A stretch of DNA of 64,000 nt from Mobula hypostoma (lineage: Eukaryota), in assembly GCF_963921235.1 (NCBI RefSeq), contig NC_086097.1:24058001-24122000 (forward strand), given 5' to 3'. Below the pieces are notes generated by a model, which worked only from the letters and a program-made list of their open reading frames with translations, was not told the origin of the DNA and ran no database searches. Of the stretch, positions 27,140 through 41,281 are shown piece by piece. How positions within the stretch are numbered: position 1 is the stretch's first letter; each line of letters opens with the position of its first letter. The position numbers and the translations under genes were made by a program.

Positions 27140-27830
27140 ATTTAATTGGCTTTATTACTTACATCCTTCATATACATGAGGAGTAAAAATCTTTACATTA
27201 AGTCTCCATTTAAATGTGCAATGTGCAACTTATACTAATTTATGATAAATAGTATGTACAACAGGATAGTCACTATAACATAGAAATACAGTTGTGTCAG
27301 CATGAGTTAATCAGTCTGAAAGCCTGGTGGAAGAAGCTGTCCCAGAGCCTGTTGGTCCTGGCTTTTATGCTGCAGTACCGCTTCCCAGATGTTGGCAGCT
27401 GGAACAGTTTGTAGTTGAGGTGACTCAGATCCCCAATGACTTTTCGGACCCTTTTTACACACCTGTCTCTGTAAATGTCCTGAATCATGGGAAGTTCACA
27501 ACTACAGATGTGCTGAGCTGTCTGTACCACTCTCTGCAGAGTCCTCTGATTGAGGGAAGTACAGTTCCATACCAGACAGTGATGCAGCCAGTCAGGATGC
27601 TCTCAGTTGTGCCCCTATAGAAAGTTCTTAGGATTTAGGGGGCCCACACCAAACTTCTTCAACCATCTGAGGTGAAAGAGGCGCTGTTGTGCCTTTTTCA
27701 CCACACAGCCAGTCTGTACAGACCACGTGAGATCCTTGGTGATGTTTATGCCGAGGAACTTAGGGCTGTTCACCCTCTCAACCCCAGATCCATTGATGTT
27801 AATAGGGGCTAGTCTGTCTCCATTCCTCCT
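27140..27830 (-). mobile_element. Rex1-like LINE 3' fragment
   Basis: ORF 27297-27530: LPMIQDIYRDRCVKR..SHLNYKLFQLPTSGKRYCSIKARTNRLWDSFFHQA. Confidence 0.85.
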
Positions 27831-29172
27831 ATTTAAGTGAATTGTAATGTTGGGGGAGCCTCTATCTCAGGTAGTGTGTTCCAGATTGTGATCACCCACT
27901 GGGTGAAAACAGTTGTTCCTCCGACTCCCCCAAGCCTCTTTGTTGAACCTATCCCCCCTGCGCTTGAACACCTCTATAACAGGGAAAACTTTTCTTGCAT
28001 CTCATCAATTCAGTGAAATGTGGCTCTCAAGGTATGTCCCATTGTCTCCACGTTCCAGGGTCTGTTGTGATCATTTACTGATGCAGGGTGGTGTTGAAAA
28101 AAGTGTGCCCAGGTTGGTACACATCTGCTTTGCAGCTGTTCAGTATAAAGCCCTTTCTCTTAGAGTTCAGATGGAGATAAAGAATACTTAAAATGCAGAT
28201 AAAATATCCAAACATGTACAACAGGTCTGGCAGCAGCTGTGGAGCAAGAATCATAGAATGTTAAAGTATAGTACAGACCCTTCAGCCCACAATGTAGTGC
28301 TGAGCCTTTAACTACTCCAAGATCAATCTAACCATTCCCTCCCAAAGAGCCCTCCATTTTTTTTCATCCATGTACCTTTCTAAGAGTTCCTTCAATGTCC
28401 CTAATATACCTACCACCACACCTGGCAGCATGACCCTTGCATCGAACACTCACTGTGTGAAAAACCCTACCTCTGACATCCCCCTTATACTTTACTCCAA
28501 CCACCTTAAAATTATGCCCCCTCGCATTTGATGTTGCTACCCTGTGGAAAAAGTCTCTAGCTGTCCACTCAGTCTTTTACCTTTGTCAAATCACCTTTCA
28601 ATGTAATGATCCTGCATCATTTCTGGGTGTGTGTGTGTGTGTCTATCTGTCTCTGTCAGTAAGTGTCAAGGTGCTGACAGGCATCTATGCACATTCCCAC
28701 TTCTGCGTACTTTACGTTAAGTGCTTAAGAGCAAACTGTCTCCTCATCATCTCTGCTCTGTATTCAGCTGGTGCACCACTGAGGTCAAATTCCCTGTTTA
28801 GCCAAAGGCCAAATGAAATGCTCTGATTGACACTGAAGCATGCTTATTTTTTATGAACTACAAGGAAAGGCTGAGATACAAGATCCCTGGCTTGTGTGTA
28901 AAGAAATAGCGCTGATTTAACATTGTAATTGACAACCCGTTCCTGTGTGAGGTGGGGGAGGTGAGGCACAGATTGACCCTAAGTTTATTAAAGTTATGTA
29001 TCTATTGATTATTCATTGCAATAATGTTCACCTTTAATCATTGCCTATTAAAGTACCACTATACCACAGAAAGGGAGCAGACCCTATCACATCATCCCCT
29101 TTCTCCCTATTGAGGAGCTCTGTTTATATGACATCAGAATCAGGTTTATTATCATTGACAAATGTCTTGAAA

Positions 29173-29479
29173 GTTGGCCCGTGGCCAAGTGGTTAAGGCG
29201 TCGGCCTAGTGACTTGAAGGTCACTAGTTCGAGCCTCAGCTGAGGCAGCGTGTTGTGTCCTTGAGCAAGGCACTTAACATCACATTGGTCTGCGACAACA
29301 CCGGTGCCAAGCTGTATCGGCCCTAATACCCTTCCCTTGGACAACATCGGTGGCGTAGAGAGGGGAGACTTGCAGCATGGGCAACTGCCGGTCTTCCGTA
29401 CAACCTTGCCCAGGCCTGTGTCTTGGAAACCTTCCAAGGCTCAAATCCATGGTCTCACGAGACTAACAGATGCCTATAT
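29173..29479 (+). mobile_element. tRNA-derived SINE with CORE-like domain and 11-bp TSD
   Basis: A-box TGGCCAAGTGG, B-box-like AGTTCGAGCC, then gtgtccttgagcaaggcacttaac; TSD ATGTCTTGAAA at 29162-29172 / 29480-29490. Confidence 0.8.
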
Positions 29480-32149
29480 ATGTCTTGAAAATTGTTGTTT
29501 TGCAGCAGTAGTACAGTGCAATACATCAAAAATTATTACAACTAATAAAAATAAATGTAAAACAATAAAAAGGGGTTTATACATTCTGCTCGTGACCACG
29601 TGGGTTTCCTCTGGCTACTCTGGTTTTCTCCCATAAACCAAAGATGTACCTGTTGGTAGGTTAATTGGTCATGGTAACTTGTCCCGTGATTAGGCTAGGA
29701 TAAAATCGGGGGATTGCTGGGTGGCAAGGCTCGAAAGACCAGAAGGGCCGATTCCACGATGTATTTCAATAGATAAATAAACAGATAGATAGACAGATAG
29801 TGCAAAAAAGTGAGTTAGTGTTTATGTGTTCATTGTCTATTCAGAAATCTGATGACAGAGGGGAAGAAGCTATTCCTAAAACATTGAATGTGGGTCTTCA
29901 GGCTCTTGCACCTCCTCCCTGATGCTGGTAGTAAGCAGCGGCCATGTCCTGGATGATGTGGCTCTTTAATAACAGATACTAACCATCCCCACAAAAGTCA
30001 GTAATAATCTGTGAATAACCAATGGTTGACATTGACCATTTTAAACCAATGTTGAAAATCACTTAGCATTGCAGAAGAAAATATTTAGGTATGCATCATC
30101 CATTTTAATTGGCTTCGCTGTAAAAGCAAGGGATTGGCATGCAAGGAGAGGGGAAGAATCAAAGACTGACTTTTAATTAAAAGTGCCACTTGATAGAATG
30201 GTAATTACAAGTAACAAGAGTGAAACTATTGATAAGATAAGAATAAAAGAGTTGTACCAGTCTTGAGGAAAGAAAGACCTTTAATTAAGGAAACTCAACT
30301 TCTTGAACAGAGAAAGTCAATTAAATTCTCCTTATTTGGGGTTCTGTGCTAACACTTCTATATTGTGCATCATTATGTGGACAGCCCTGTTGAATGTGTG
30401 AAGGAAATGTGTGTAAAACCCAGTCTTTTTATTGGATACTTAGATTCATATTAACCTCAGAACTCTAACACCTCTGATTACCCAACCATTGTTAAATCGA
30501 GTTGAACGTCATTTCTCTTGCGCCTATGCAATTGTTCACAGGATTTGGAAGTGACATGAGGTTTAGAGAAAGATGGAAGAGGTTAGGAAATTATTCCCTG
30601 GAGCGTGGGAGAATGAGGGTTGATTTGATATAGGGTCTACAAAATTATGAGGGATATAGAAAAGGTAAATGCAAGTAGGCTTTTACCACTGAGACCTAGC
30701 AGTCATAGACTAAGGGTTAAAAAAAAGGTGAAATGTTTAAGGGGAACCTGAAGGGGAACTTCTTCATTCAGAGTGTGGTGAGAGTGTAAAATGAGCCAGC
30801 ATAACATAGAACATAGAAATCTACAGCATATTACAGGCCATTCAGCCTACAACTCCGTGCCAACCATGTAACCTACTCTAGAAACTGTCTAGAATTACCC
30901 TACCGCATAGCCCTCTATTTTTCTAAGCTCCTTGTACCTATCTAAGATTGTCTTAAAAGACCCTATTCCACCACGTCACTGACAGTGCATTCCATGCACC
31001 CACCACTCTCTGTGAAAAACTTACCTCTGACATCCCCGCTGTACCTACTACCAAGCACTTTAAAACTATGCCCTCCTGTGTTAGCCATTTCAACCCTGGG
31101 AAAAAGCCTCTGACTATCCACACAATCAATGCCTCTCATCATCTTATACACCTCTATCAGGTCACCTCTCAGAAGTGCTGGATGGGGGCTTAATTGCAAC
31201 ATGTAAAAGTATGGTGGTTGTCCATCATGTCTGACGATGACAGGAAAGTAGTGCAGAAGAATCTTTGAAGTGGAAAAGCCATTACACTGGGGCAGTTCCA
31301 CTCTCCTGACCTCAGAAGCCCAAGTCCAGTGGTATGTGCAGGTGTCACAGACTGGGGTGTTTCCTGGCTCTGGTGGATCACCATGCTCTCTGCCCTCCAC
31401 GTTGAACCTCACTGTGGATCTCATCTGCCCAGTTTGCCGAAGCTGACTTTTCATGCTGGAACAGGCATGTCCCTATTTCTCCGGGGTATAAGGCTGCCGG
31501 CTACCCTCACTTGTTTTTTAGCCCACCTGTTCTCAGGGTGTACTGGGGTGTGGTCACTGTCGCATGCAAGCAGGTACTGGGATGGGAGGTGTATGAAGGG
31601 CTATGGTCCAGGCACGGGTTGATGGAACTTGGCAAAATAACAGTTCAACATGAACCAGATGGGCCAAAGGACCTGACTCAGTGCTGTACTGCTCTATGAC
31701 TCTACTGCCAAGACAGGGTTCATTGTCCATCCCTCCCGGGCTGAGGCAACCATATTGGTGACACAGATGGACCAGATTGAGTGCAAGCAGCAGACTTTCT
31801 TCCCTGAAACACACAAATGGATCAGATAATGTTTCATGGACCAAAGATCTCCCCTTACAGTGTGGAAGGAAGATATAAGTTATTTTCCCTGTTATGTTGG
31901 CTCTCTTGCTGCCTTTTGCAGGATGAATTATCTCCATGTGAGAAGCGTTAGCCCTCAACCTATCTCTTCTTGCCTCATACACCGCACTCTCCCTCCTCCC
32001 TTGGCTGCCCAGTCCACAGTAAGAATGAGGGTTTTGGTTGCAGGTCAACAACTTTCCCTGTTCACAAACTGTTCCGATTGTCTGTTCCCCTTCAGTCATG
32101 TAAAGTAATGCAAAATATCCATCCTAAATGCCCACATGGGCCAAAGTTC

Positions 32150-33850
32150 AAAGTAAATTTTATTATCAAAGCACATTTATGTCACCATATATAACCCTGA
32201 GATTCATTTTCTTGTGGGCATACTCAACAAATCTGCAGAATTGTAACTATAACAGAATCAAAGAAAGACAGCCCAACTAGGGTGTTCAACCAGAGCACAG
32301 AAGACAACAAACTGCGCAAATGAAAATATAAATAAATAGAATCAGAATCAGAAGCGGGTTTATTACCACCAGCATGTGACGTAAAATTTGTTAACTTAGA
32401 AGCAGCAGTTCAATGCAATACATAATATAGAAGGAAAAATAAATAAATAAATTACAGTATATGTATATTGAATAGATTAAAAATTGTGCAAAAAAACCCA
32501 GAAATAATATGTATTAAAAAAAGTGAGGTTGTGTCCAAAGATTCAATGTCCATTTAGGAATCAGATGGCAGAGGGGAAGAAGCTGTTCCTGAATTGCTGA
32601 GTGTGTGCCTTTAGGCTTCTGTACCTCCTACCTGATGGTAACAGTGAGGAAAGGGCATGCCCTGGGTGCTGGAGGTCCTTAATAACGGACGCTGCCTTTC
32701 TGAGGCACCGCTCCTTGAAGATCTCCTGGGTATTTTGTAGACAAGTACTATCGGGGTCTCTCTTCCTGCCATTACAGACATTTACACCACACGCTGCATC
32801 CATAAAACTAACAGCATTGTGAAGGACCCCACGCATCCCTAATACAAACTCTTTTCCCTACTACCATCTGGCAAAAGATACCAAAGCATTCGGGCTCTCA
32901 CGACCAGACTGTGTAACGGTTTCTTCCCCCAAGCCATTAGACTCCTCAATTCCAAGAGTCTAGTCTGACACCAACCTACACACAAACACACACACTCAAC
33001 TGAACATCACTCCACTCCCTTTGCAATTTTTGCTCATGTCTTTCTCAATTCCTGCTAAAACATTGTTTACATTGTTTACATTTACATAATTTATTATATT
33101 GTAATTCGTCTTTTACTGTGCCTATTGTCTTGTTTATTAATTATTGTACTGTTTTGTGCACTTTATGTAGTCCCGTGTAGGCCCAAAGTCTAATATAGTT
33201 TTGTGTTGTTTCATGTAGTCTAGTGTAGTTTTGTGTTGCTTCATGTAGTCTAGTGTAGTTTTGTGTTGTTTCATGTAGCACCATGGTCCAGGAGGATCGT
33301 TGTTTCGTTTTTACTGTGTACTGTACCAGCAGTTGTGGTCGAAATGGTAATAAAAGTGACTTTACTTGACTTGAAGATGGAGCCGACTAAATTTATAACC
33401 CTCTGCAGCTCCTTTCATTACTGTGCAGTAGCGCCCCCCCCCCAGCCCCCCGCCATACCAGACATTGATGCAGCCAGTCAGAATGCTCTCCATGGTATAT
33501 CTATTGAAGTTTTTGAGTGTATTTGTTAGCATACCAAATCTCTTCAAACTCCTAATGAAGTGTAGCTGCTGTCTTGCCTTCTTTATAACTGCATCGATAC
33601 ATTGGGGCCAGGTTAGATCCTTAGAGATCTTGACACCCAGGAACATGAAACTGCTCACTCTCTCCACTTCTGATCCCTCTATGAAGATTGGTATGTGTTC
33701 CTTCATCTTACCCTTCTGGAAGTTCACAATCAGTTCTTTTGTCTTACTCACATTGAGTGCCAGGTTGTTGCTGCGAATTGTTGTAATTAATACTCAGAAC
33801 ATGAGATGAAGAGTCCTTGAAAGTGAGTCCATAGGTTGTGGGAACAGTTC
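32150..33850. mobile_element. Nested Rex1-like fragments: minus-strand copy ~32335-33775 interrupted by a plus-strand copy ~32750-33373
   Basis: ORFs 32561-32836 and 33362-33751 carry Rex C-terminal motifs; (GACTT)n tail at ~33357-33373; (ATCAGA)n tail at ~32338; three 30-bp tandem repeats at ~33190-33280. Confidence 0.8.
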
Positions 33851-34669
33851 AACGATGGGGAAAATGAAGAATGACCTGATAGACCATGAGACCTCATGTG
33901 AAGGATGGCCAGGTAGTTTATCTACCTTATAGTCAGTGACCGGAGATCAGTTCTGGGACCCATGCTCTTTATGAGTTTTAGAAATGACTTAGATGAAGCA
34001 AGGGTGGGTTAGTAAGTCTGCAGATGACACTAAAGGTTAGATTGACGTGAGAACAGGTTAAAAGGTCAACACAGTATTGTGGTGCTGTAATGCTCAATGT
34101 TTCATGTTCTTATTAGTCTTAAGAAAATTAAGGACAGCACAGTACGTAGCTAGTAGAGCCACTGCCTCACAATGCCAGAGGGCCAGGGTTCAGTCCTCAG
34201 CTCTAGTTCTGGCTGTGTGGAGTTTGCAGTGTTCTCCTTGTGACCGTCTCGGTTTCCTCCTGGTGCTCCGGTTCCTTCCCACATCCCAAAGATGTGGATG
34301 TTGGTAGAGTAATTGGTCACTTGTCTGCGAAGAACAAGACTTTCAGGTTGTATTTTGTATACATTCTCTGATATTAAATTGAGTATCGTAAATTGCCTCC
34401 TGTGTGTAAGTTAGTGGGAGAACTTGGAGGCAGTAAACAGGAATGCAAGAACACCTTAATAAAATGGTATTAATGAAGGATTAGTATAAATAAATTATGG
34501 CACTGATCCAATGGGCCAAAGGGCCTTTTCTCTGTGCTACATCCTTCTATTACTCAAACACACTATGAGGTCAAATTAAATGTCCAAATTCAACTCTCCC
34601 TCATGGCCTTTGCTTGACATCACCATTCTTAAGGTGCAGGCCTTTTGCCTACTTGGTAATCTTGACAAC

Positions 34670-35480
34670 ACATCTTTCTGCCCTCCTTCCTGGCACGTAT
34701 ACCTGCAAGTGTGACAAGTGCTACACCTACTCCTTCACTACCCCCGCCCCCAACACCACCACTCAGGGCCTCGAACAGTCCTTCTAGGTGAGGCAACATT
34801 TCACTTGTGAGTCTGTCAGGGTCATCTACTACCTTCGGTGTTCCCCATGCAGCCCTTCTACATTTGTGAGATCCAACATAGATTGGGAGACTGCCTCGTC
34901 GAGCACCTTTGCTCAATCCACCACAAATGGCAGGATACCCTGGTAGCCACCCATTTCACTTGACTTCCCATTTCCATTCTGATATGTCTGTCCAGGACCT
35001 CCTCTACTTTCACGATGAGGCCACATTCGGACCTGGGGAGTAACAGCTCATATTGCTTCCGGGTCGCCTCCAACCTGGTGGCATGAACATCGAGTCTCTA
35101 ACTTCCAGTAATGTATCACCCCTCCTGCTTCTCTTCTTTTCCCATTCCCCGTGCTGTTTTCCCTCTAGCCCCTCCTCTTCTCCTCACCTATCCATTACTT
35201 CCATCAGGTGACCCTCCTCCTTCCCTTTTATTTTCATCCACTCTCCTCTCCTCTTGGATTCCTTCATTTTTAGCCCTTTACCTCTTCCACCTATCACCAC
35301 CCAGCTTCTCACTTCATCCTCCCCTCTCCCACCCACCACCTCTCCTCTCACCTGGTTTCATTTTTAGCTCGTTCTCTCCAGTCCTGACGAGAGGTCTTGG
35401 CCCAAAGCATCAACTGCTTACTCCCCTCCATAGATGCTGCCTGACTTGCTGAGCTCCACCAGCTTTTTGTGTGTGTTGTA
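34670..35480 (+). mobile_element. Penelope-like (Neptune-type) element 3' portion with GIY-YIG remnant and decayed hammerhead
   Basis: PGTYTCKCDKCYT..VRQHFTCESVRVIYYLRCSPC..HRLGDCLVEH; QPGGMNIE; ends cagtcctgacga-gaggtcttggccc-aaagcatcaactg. Confidence 0.8.
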
Positions 35481-38400
35481 CATCTTTCATGAGTTTATCA
35501 AGCAATCTTTATGAAGACCGTGCAATGTATACTTGGCAGGGTCCCCAGTGCAGGTACAGTAGAGTTGTTAGGAATATATCCTGCCACTAACAAAGATTGA
35601 TTGGCGCTGCAAGATGGTAAATTTGGCTCATAATTCACTTCACTTTTTGTGCATCTGATTATATGTATTAATAAACATATGATTAATAAATTGGCAACAC
35701 TTGATTTTTAACACTTAGTATCTGGTTGATTTGAAGAGCAAGTTATAACCACACTTTGAATTCTGGCCTGTCTTGTGGTGGCACATTCATTGTTGTGGAT
35801 ACGCATCAGTGTGAGCCTTGCGGATGAATTATATGGTAACCTCACCAGACCCAGCTAAGCGGGTGAAATGTCCACAGGGAGTCCAGATGTTCATGAGAAT
35901 GATCCTGAAAATGAAAGGGTTAATGTATGAAGAGCATTTTATGGCTCTGAGTCTGTACTCGCTCGATTTGAGAAGAATGAGGGGGGATCTCATTGAAACC
36001 TATGGGATATTGAAAGGCCTAGATAGAGTGGATGTGGAGAGGATTTTTCCTATTCTGGATGAATCTAAGATCAGAAGGCACAGCCTCAAAATAAAGGAAT
36101 GTCCATTTAGAACAGAGATGAGGAAGAATTTCTTTAACTAGTGGAGGGTTAGTCTGCGGAATTCATTGCTACAGATGGCTGTGGATGCCAAGGCATTAGG
36201 TATATTTAAAGCAGAGGTTGATATGTTGTTGATTAGTCAGGGCATCAACGCTTATGAGGGGAAGGCAGAAAATTGGGATTGAGAGGGATAATAAACCAGC
36301 CATGATTGAATGGCAGACCAGACTCAACTAACCAACTGGCCTAATTCTGCTCCTATGTCTTATGGTCTAAGATGGTGCCATCTGTACATTTAACTTCACA
36401 ATAACTGTATTTAATGTCTGCTACAGCTTTGAGCAGAGTGCCCTTATCTCTGAGTCAGACAATTGTGGGTGTCACCGCAGGGAACTGGCCACTCCACTGC
36501 AGTACTGGTTGGTTGTGAATTGGAGGTGCTGGCCAGAAGAGCACAGAAGTTATCTTGGGTGTCTTATAAGACAATAAGACCAGGGATGGTGCTCTGTGGT
36601 GAAAAGGAGACAACATTTCCTGTTCACAAAACGATTTCCTTTTATGTGTTCCCCACCTAATGCCAACCTCAACATCTACACAAAGCATGTGGTTTAACAG
36701 TCTAGATGAAATCAGGTGTATTGAAAACTCCAAATGCCTCATTCACCCATAGCCTGTGTTGTACAGGCCTTGTAAGGACCAGGCCTTGTGCCTACCTGGT
36801 TGCCTTGACAACAAATCTTTCATGCATTTATCATGCTTGCAGGGAACATTTTTTTTGTCATTCTCAACCCACTCATTTCACTGTGTGCTAACTTCCTCCG
36901 TATGTTCAAAAAACCCGCAGCCCTGTACGCATCAAGAGGATCCCCAGCTGGTCAATGGGTTTAATATTTAGGTATTTTGTTCTCATTGGAAGAGATTGAG
37001 GGAGAAGCATTGGCTTAGAATATAGAAGAAGTGGAGATAATGTCACATGTATATCGAAACATACGGTGAAATGTGTTGTCTTGCGGCAACGACTGACAAA
37101 ACAACGAGACGTGCTGCAGGCAGCCCATAAGTATCGCCACGCTTCCAGCACCAACATAGCATTCCCACAAGTTACTGACCCTAACTCGTACTTCTTTGGA
37201 ACGTGAGGAGACACTGAAGGAAATGCTCCTCATACGTTGACCCTTTCATTCCCAGTTTCGTTCTCAGTACCCACTCCAATGCCCCTACATCCTTTCTTGG
37301 GTAAGGGGCCCCAAAGTGCTCACAATTGCTTCCAACTAAAAGGCAAGTGAGCCACAGCTAGGAGGGAAGAAGGGTGTCATTCCTGGCCTGATTGCAAAAT
37401 TTAAGCTGCTGAAGAAACTCGATGGAACTCGGCGGAACCAAAGCAATGGTCAATGTCTAGGGTCAACACACTGCCCCAGGAATATCGTGTGATCACTTGA
37501 GCTGATTATGATGTTCTCCTAAGAGGCTGTCTATTGGTGAGTCCTCAGGTAGCTGTAGAGGCTGATCCAGGTTCCACATAATCTGGGACGTTAAGGTAGA
37601 TTCCCTTCATGGAGAACGCTGCTGCATGACTTAGTTTAATGTGGGTGGCTGATGTGGCTATCACACCACCCCTGACAAATCAGGGTCAGGCTCCAGTGGC
37701 ATGGAATGCAAGACAACTGGGGACCCTTCACTGCATTTGTGATGTGTCATCATCTTCCGCCAGCTCCACTGTTGAGGTCTTAGTTAAATGCTCTTTGTCT
37801 GGAACAAAGTCCAAAGTAAGTCACCCTTGACTTTACCACCATGGATGACTATACCAGGAGCTAAATATCAGATAGCTAATCTCCAGATGGCATCACTCTC
37901 AGGATCTCACAAGCCTCTCCACTACTGCAAGGTGCTGATCCTTGGAGACAGGGGCTCCCAACCCTTTTTATACCATGGACTCCCACCATTATTTGAGTGA
38001 TCCATGGACCACAAGTTGGGAAGCTCTGCTCGGAGAGCACCAGGAATGAGAGAGGAGGTAGCCTGCGTAAAGAAGTAAGAGGGTGGGCTGAGACAGAGAC
38101 TGACAGGGTGTAATTGGAACCAGCAGCGATGGAGACATGCAGAAGGTACAGAAGCCTTAGATCCCACCAGGTTTAGAAACAACTATTACCATCAGACATC
38201 AGGCTTCTGAACCTCAAATCTGAACTGACTCCAAGGACTCAGCAGCTCATGCTCTCAGTTCTATTTGTTTATTTGTCTATTTATGTTATTATTATTTTGT
38301 ATTTGCATAGATGGTCTTTTTGTGCAAATTGATTGTCAGTCTTTGCTTGTGTGTAGTTTTTCATTGATTCTGTGGTATTTCTTTGTCTACTGTGGATGCC

Positions 38401-41281
38401 TGCAGGAAAATGGATCTCAGGGTATTATACGTACTTTGACATTAAATTTTCTTTGACTTTGGGCTTTGGGTAATGATGGGTAGATGGAACAATGTGGTGA
38501 AGGGGAAGATAAGAGTTCAGAGGCAGAAGCTGGTAGTGGAAAAAGATAAGACAAAAAATAGGCAGATGACAGTGGGTGGTGGGAGCGGGGGAAGGTAGAG
38601 GCCATGGCTGGAAGGTGATAAGTGAAACCACATTATAGAGGGATGATGAGACAATTGAAGGGATTGGGGAGAATGCAGTTAGATAGGAGGGTGGGTGATG
38701 GGCAGATGGAACCAGGTGAAGAAGAGTAAACATATCTAGCTGGCGGGGAGGGTGGTCTGCTGGTGGTTAGCGATGTGTTGCTAACTCCTACACTTAGTAG
38801 GAACTGAGGGTTGCTGTTTTTTAACTCAGAGATAAGCCTAAGGTAGAATGACGCACTCCACCAGTCTGGACTGAATTTCAATGTTTTCAAAGCCATAGAT
38901 TAGAGGAGATAAAGAGCAACTAGTATTAACATCCTCTCCATTATAGATGAGCTGTGCGTCAGTTTGTGTTCAAACAGGCAGCCACTGACTTCCCATGAAT
39001 TCGAGGGGTTCTTTGAAGTTCACATTAAACGGGATCTCAGATACCCTCTACATTAACTTCACTATCACAGCACCAAATTTTGCAGTGTTATATTGTATGA
39101 AGTTCATTGTTGTTGGCTTGCCAGGAGGCATATATCTCATTAAACTTTAAAACTATCTGCTCATATATAAATGGAAAGACCTCCAGATTACAAAGTTAGG
39201 GAATATGAAAAATTGTGACAATCTATGGCATGGAAAATAATTTTGTGCAAAATTGCAGTGATTGGAGTCAGTAGACAGACACTCTGCATTAAAAAGAAGA
39301 ACATCCTATTTCTCTGAGAAGTTCTCATGGTTTTCTAAGAGTAAAATTGTTCTGTGGAGTCAGGTGCGTTGTGGGTTGGTGTTTGCTTTGCAAAAGTCAG
39401 TGGGATTCATAGAACATTACAACATAGTACAGGCCATTCAGCCCACAATTTTATACTGACCTTTTAATGTACTCTAACCTTTCCCTCCTACATGGCCTTC
39501 TATTTTTCTGTCATCATGTACCCATCTAAGTTTCTTAAATGCTCCTAATGTATCTGTCTGCACCACCACCCTGACAGGGTTTCTGATTCTATCACTCTCG
39601 ATGTAAAAAACACCTCTGTAATTTCCGCTAATCTCCTTAAAATTATGCCCCCTCATATTAGCTATATCCACTCCAGGTAAAAGTCTCTGGCTATCCACTC
39701 CATCTACTGGATGTCTCTTATCATCTTGCAAACTTCTACTAAGTCACCTCTCATTGTCCTTTGCTACAAAGAGAAAAGTTCTAGCTCGCTCAACCAATCC
39801 TCATAAAACATGCTCTCTAATCGAGGCAACATTCTGGTAAATCACCTCTGCTCCCTTTCTAAAGCTTGCATGAGTACATACTTCAAATCAAAGCAAAGGA
39901 CCGACCAATATCCCACCGATGTTGCTGTGCCTCACAACCCTGGCCCCATTCTCCTCCCGGAATTTCATCAGAGCACCATTGACAGCTGTACCTCAAGCGA
40001 CCAAGACCAAAACCTCTCCTTCTTGCTCATATGAAAATTAATTGGACGAGTGTTTTAGCCTTGAGTAGCACACTGATAAATGATCCAGTCAATATGTCTC
40101 GTTAAAACGTTCCAAACAAATGCAAGTTGTTGTTGTTAAATGGACCATGTGGGTTTTAGCAGGACCTGTTGTTATGGTAATAAAGTGGTAGTTAATTAGC
40201 CTTCGATCTATGCATGCAACACCCTTAATGGAATGTCTTGATGAAATATGGAATCAGATTTCCTTAGTTTTCACAGTTATATCTTGGACCTAGATCACTC
40301 CAGAGCGCCGCCTCTCCTGGAAGAGTAGTACAGGCACAATAGACAAAATGGCTATCCTTTCAGGGTCAAGTCAATGTTTAAGAAAAGTTTGGATAGGTTC
40401 ACATGTCCATGGGAGTCGACAGTTTAAATGGTTCGGCAAGGACAGGATGGGTCGAAGGGCCTGTTTCTTTTCTATGACTCTAATACTCTATGAGAAGTGT
40501 GATTCGGGATAGCAGCTTTCTCTCCATGATGATGTGCGTGGACTTTTTCCCTGGGCAGAAATGGCTATTATGAGGGGGCATAATTTTAAGGTGGGTGAAG
40601 GAAAGTACAGAGGTAGGTTTTTTTTAAACACAGAGTGGCGGGGGTGCATGGAATGCGCTGCCAGGGATGGTGGTTGAGGCAAGATATATTTGGGGCATTA
40701 AGAAACTGTTAGATAGGCACGTGGATGACAGGAAGATGGAGGGCTGTGTAGGAAGGAAGAGTTAGATTGATTTTAGAGTAGGTTAAAAGGCCGGCACAAC
40801 ATTACAGGCAGAAGGGCCTGTATCATGCTGTAACACTCTGCATTCTTTGTTCATAATTTATTTTTATGAGTGGCAGTAGAGGAGGAGGATTTGATGAGTA
40901 AAGTTCCGTTAGAGCTGAAATCTGTAGACAGAAGAACACCATGATCTTTGAAAGACTGCTCCTGTTATTCTCATTTTCCTGTGCACATATTCCTTCACCA
41001 GTATGTGTTTCATTCGCATTTGGAAAGATCCTACTGGATCTACTTCCCCAACCACTATTGGATGCTGTTTTCAGTAGAACTTTGACATCGTGGTTAAATT
41101 ACTAGACTGGACATTCAGAATGGTATGCTCAGTTCAAAATCCATTCACCATAACTGGGGAATTAAGGTTCATGTGATGAAATGTCTAACTTGTAAAATAT
41201 AAAAAGCCATTAGTGTACTAATGACTATTGATTGGTGTTAAAGATGGTGGGGAAGGTTATGCTTGCGATGGAGCTGGCTAA

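Noticed and set aside
29178..29255. tRNA gene
   Set aside because: No complete acceptor stem; continues into a SINE body and is bounded by a TSD
33190..33280. 30-bp tandem repeats as a CRISPR-like array
   Set aside because: No unique spacers; eukaryotic LINE 3' UTR minisatellite
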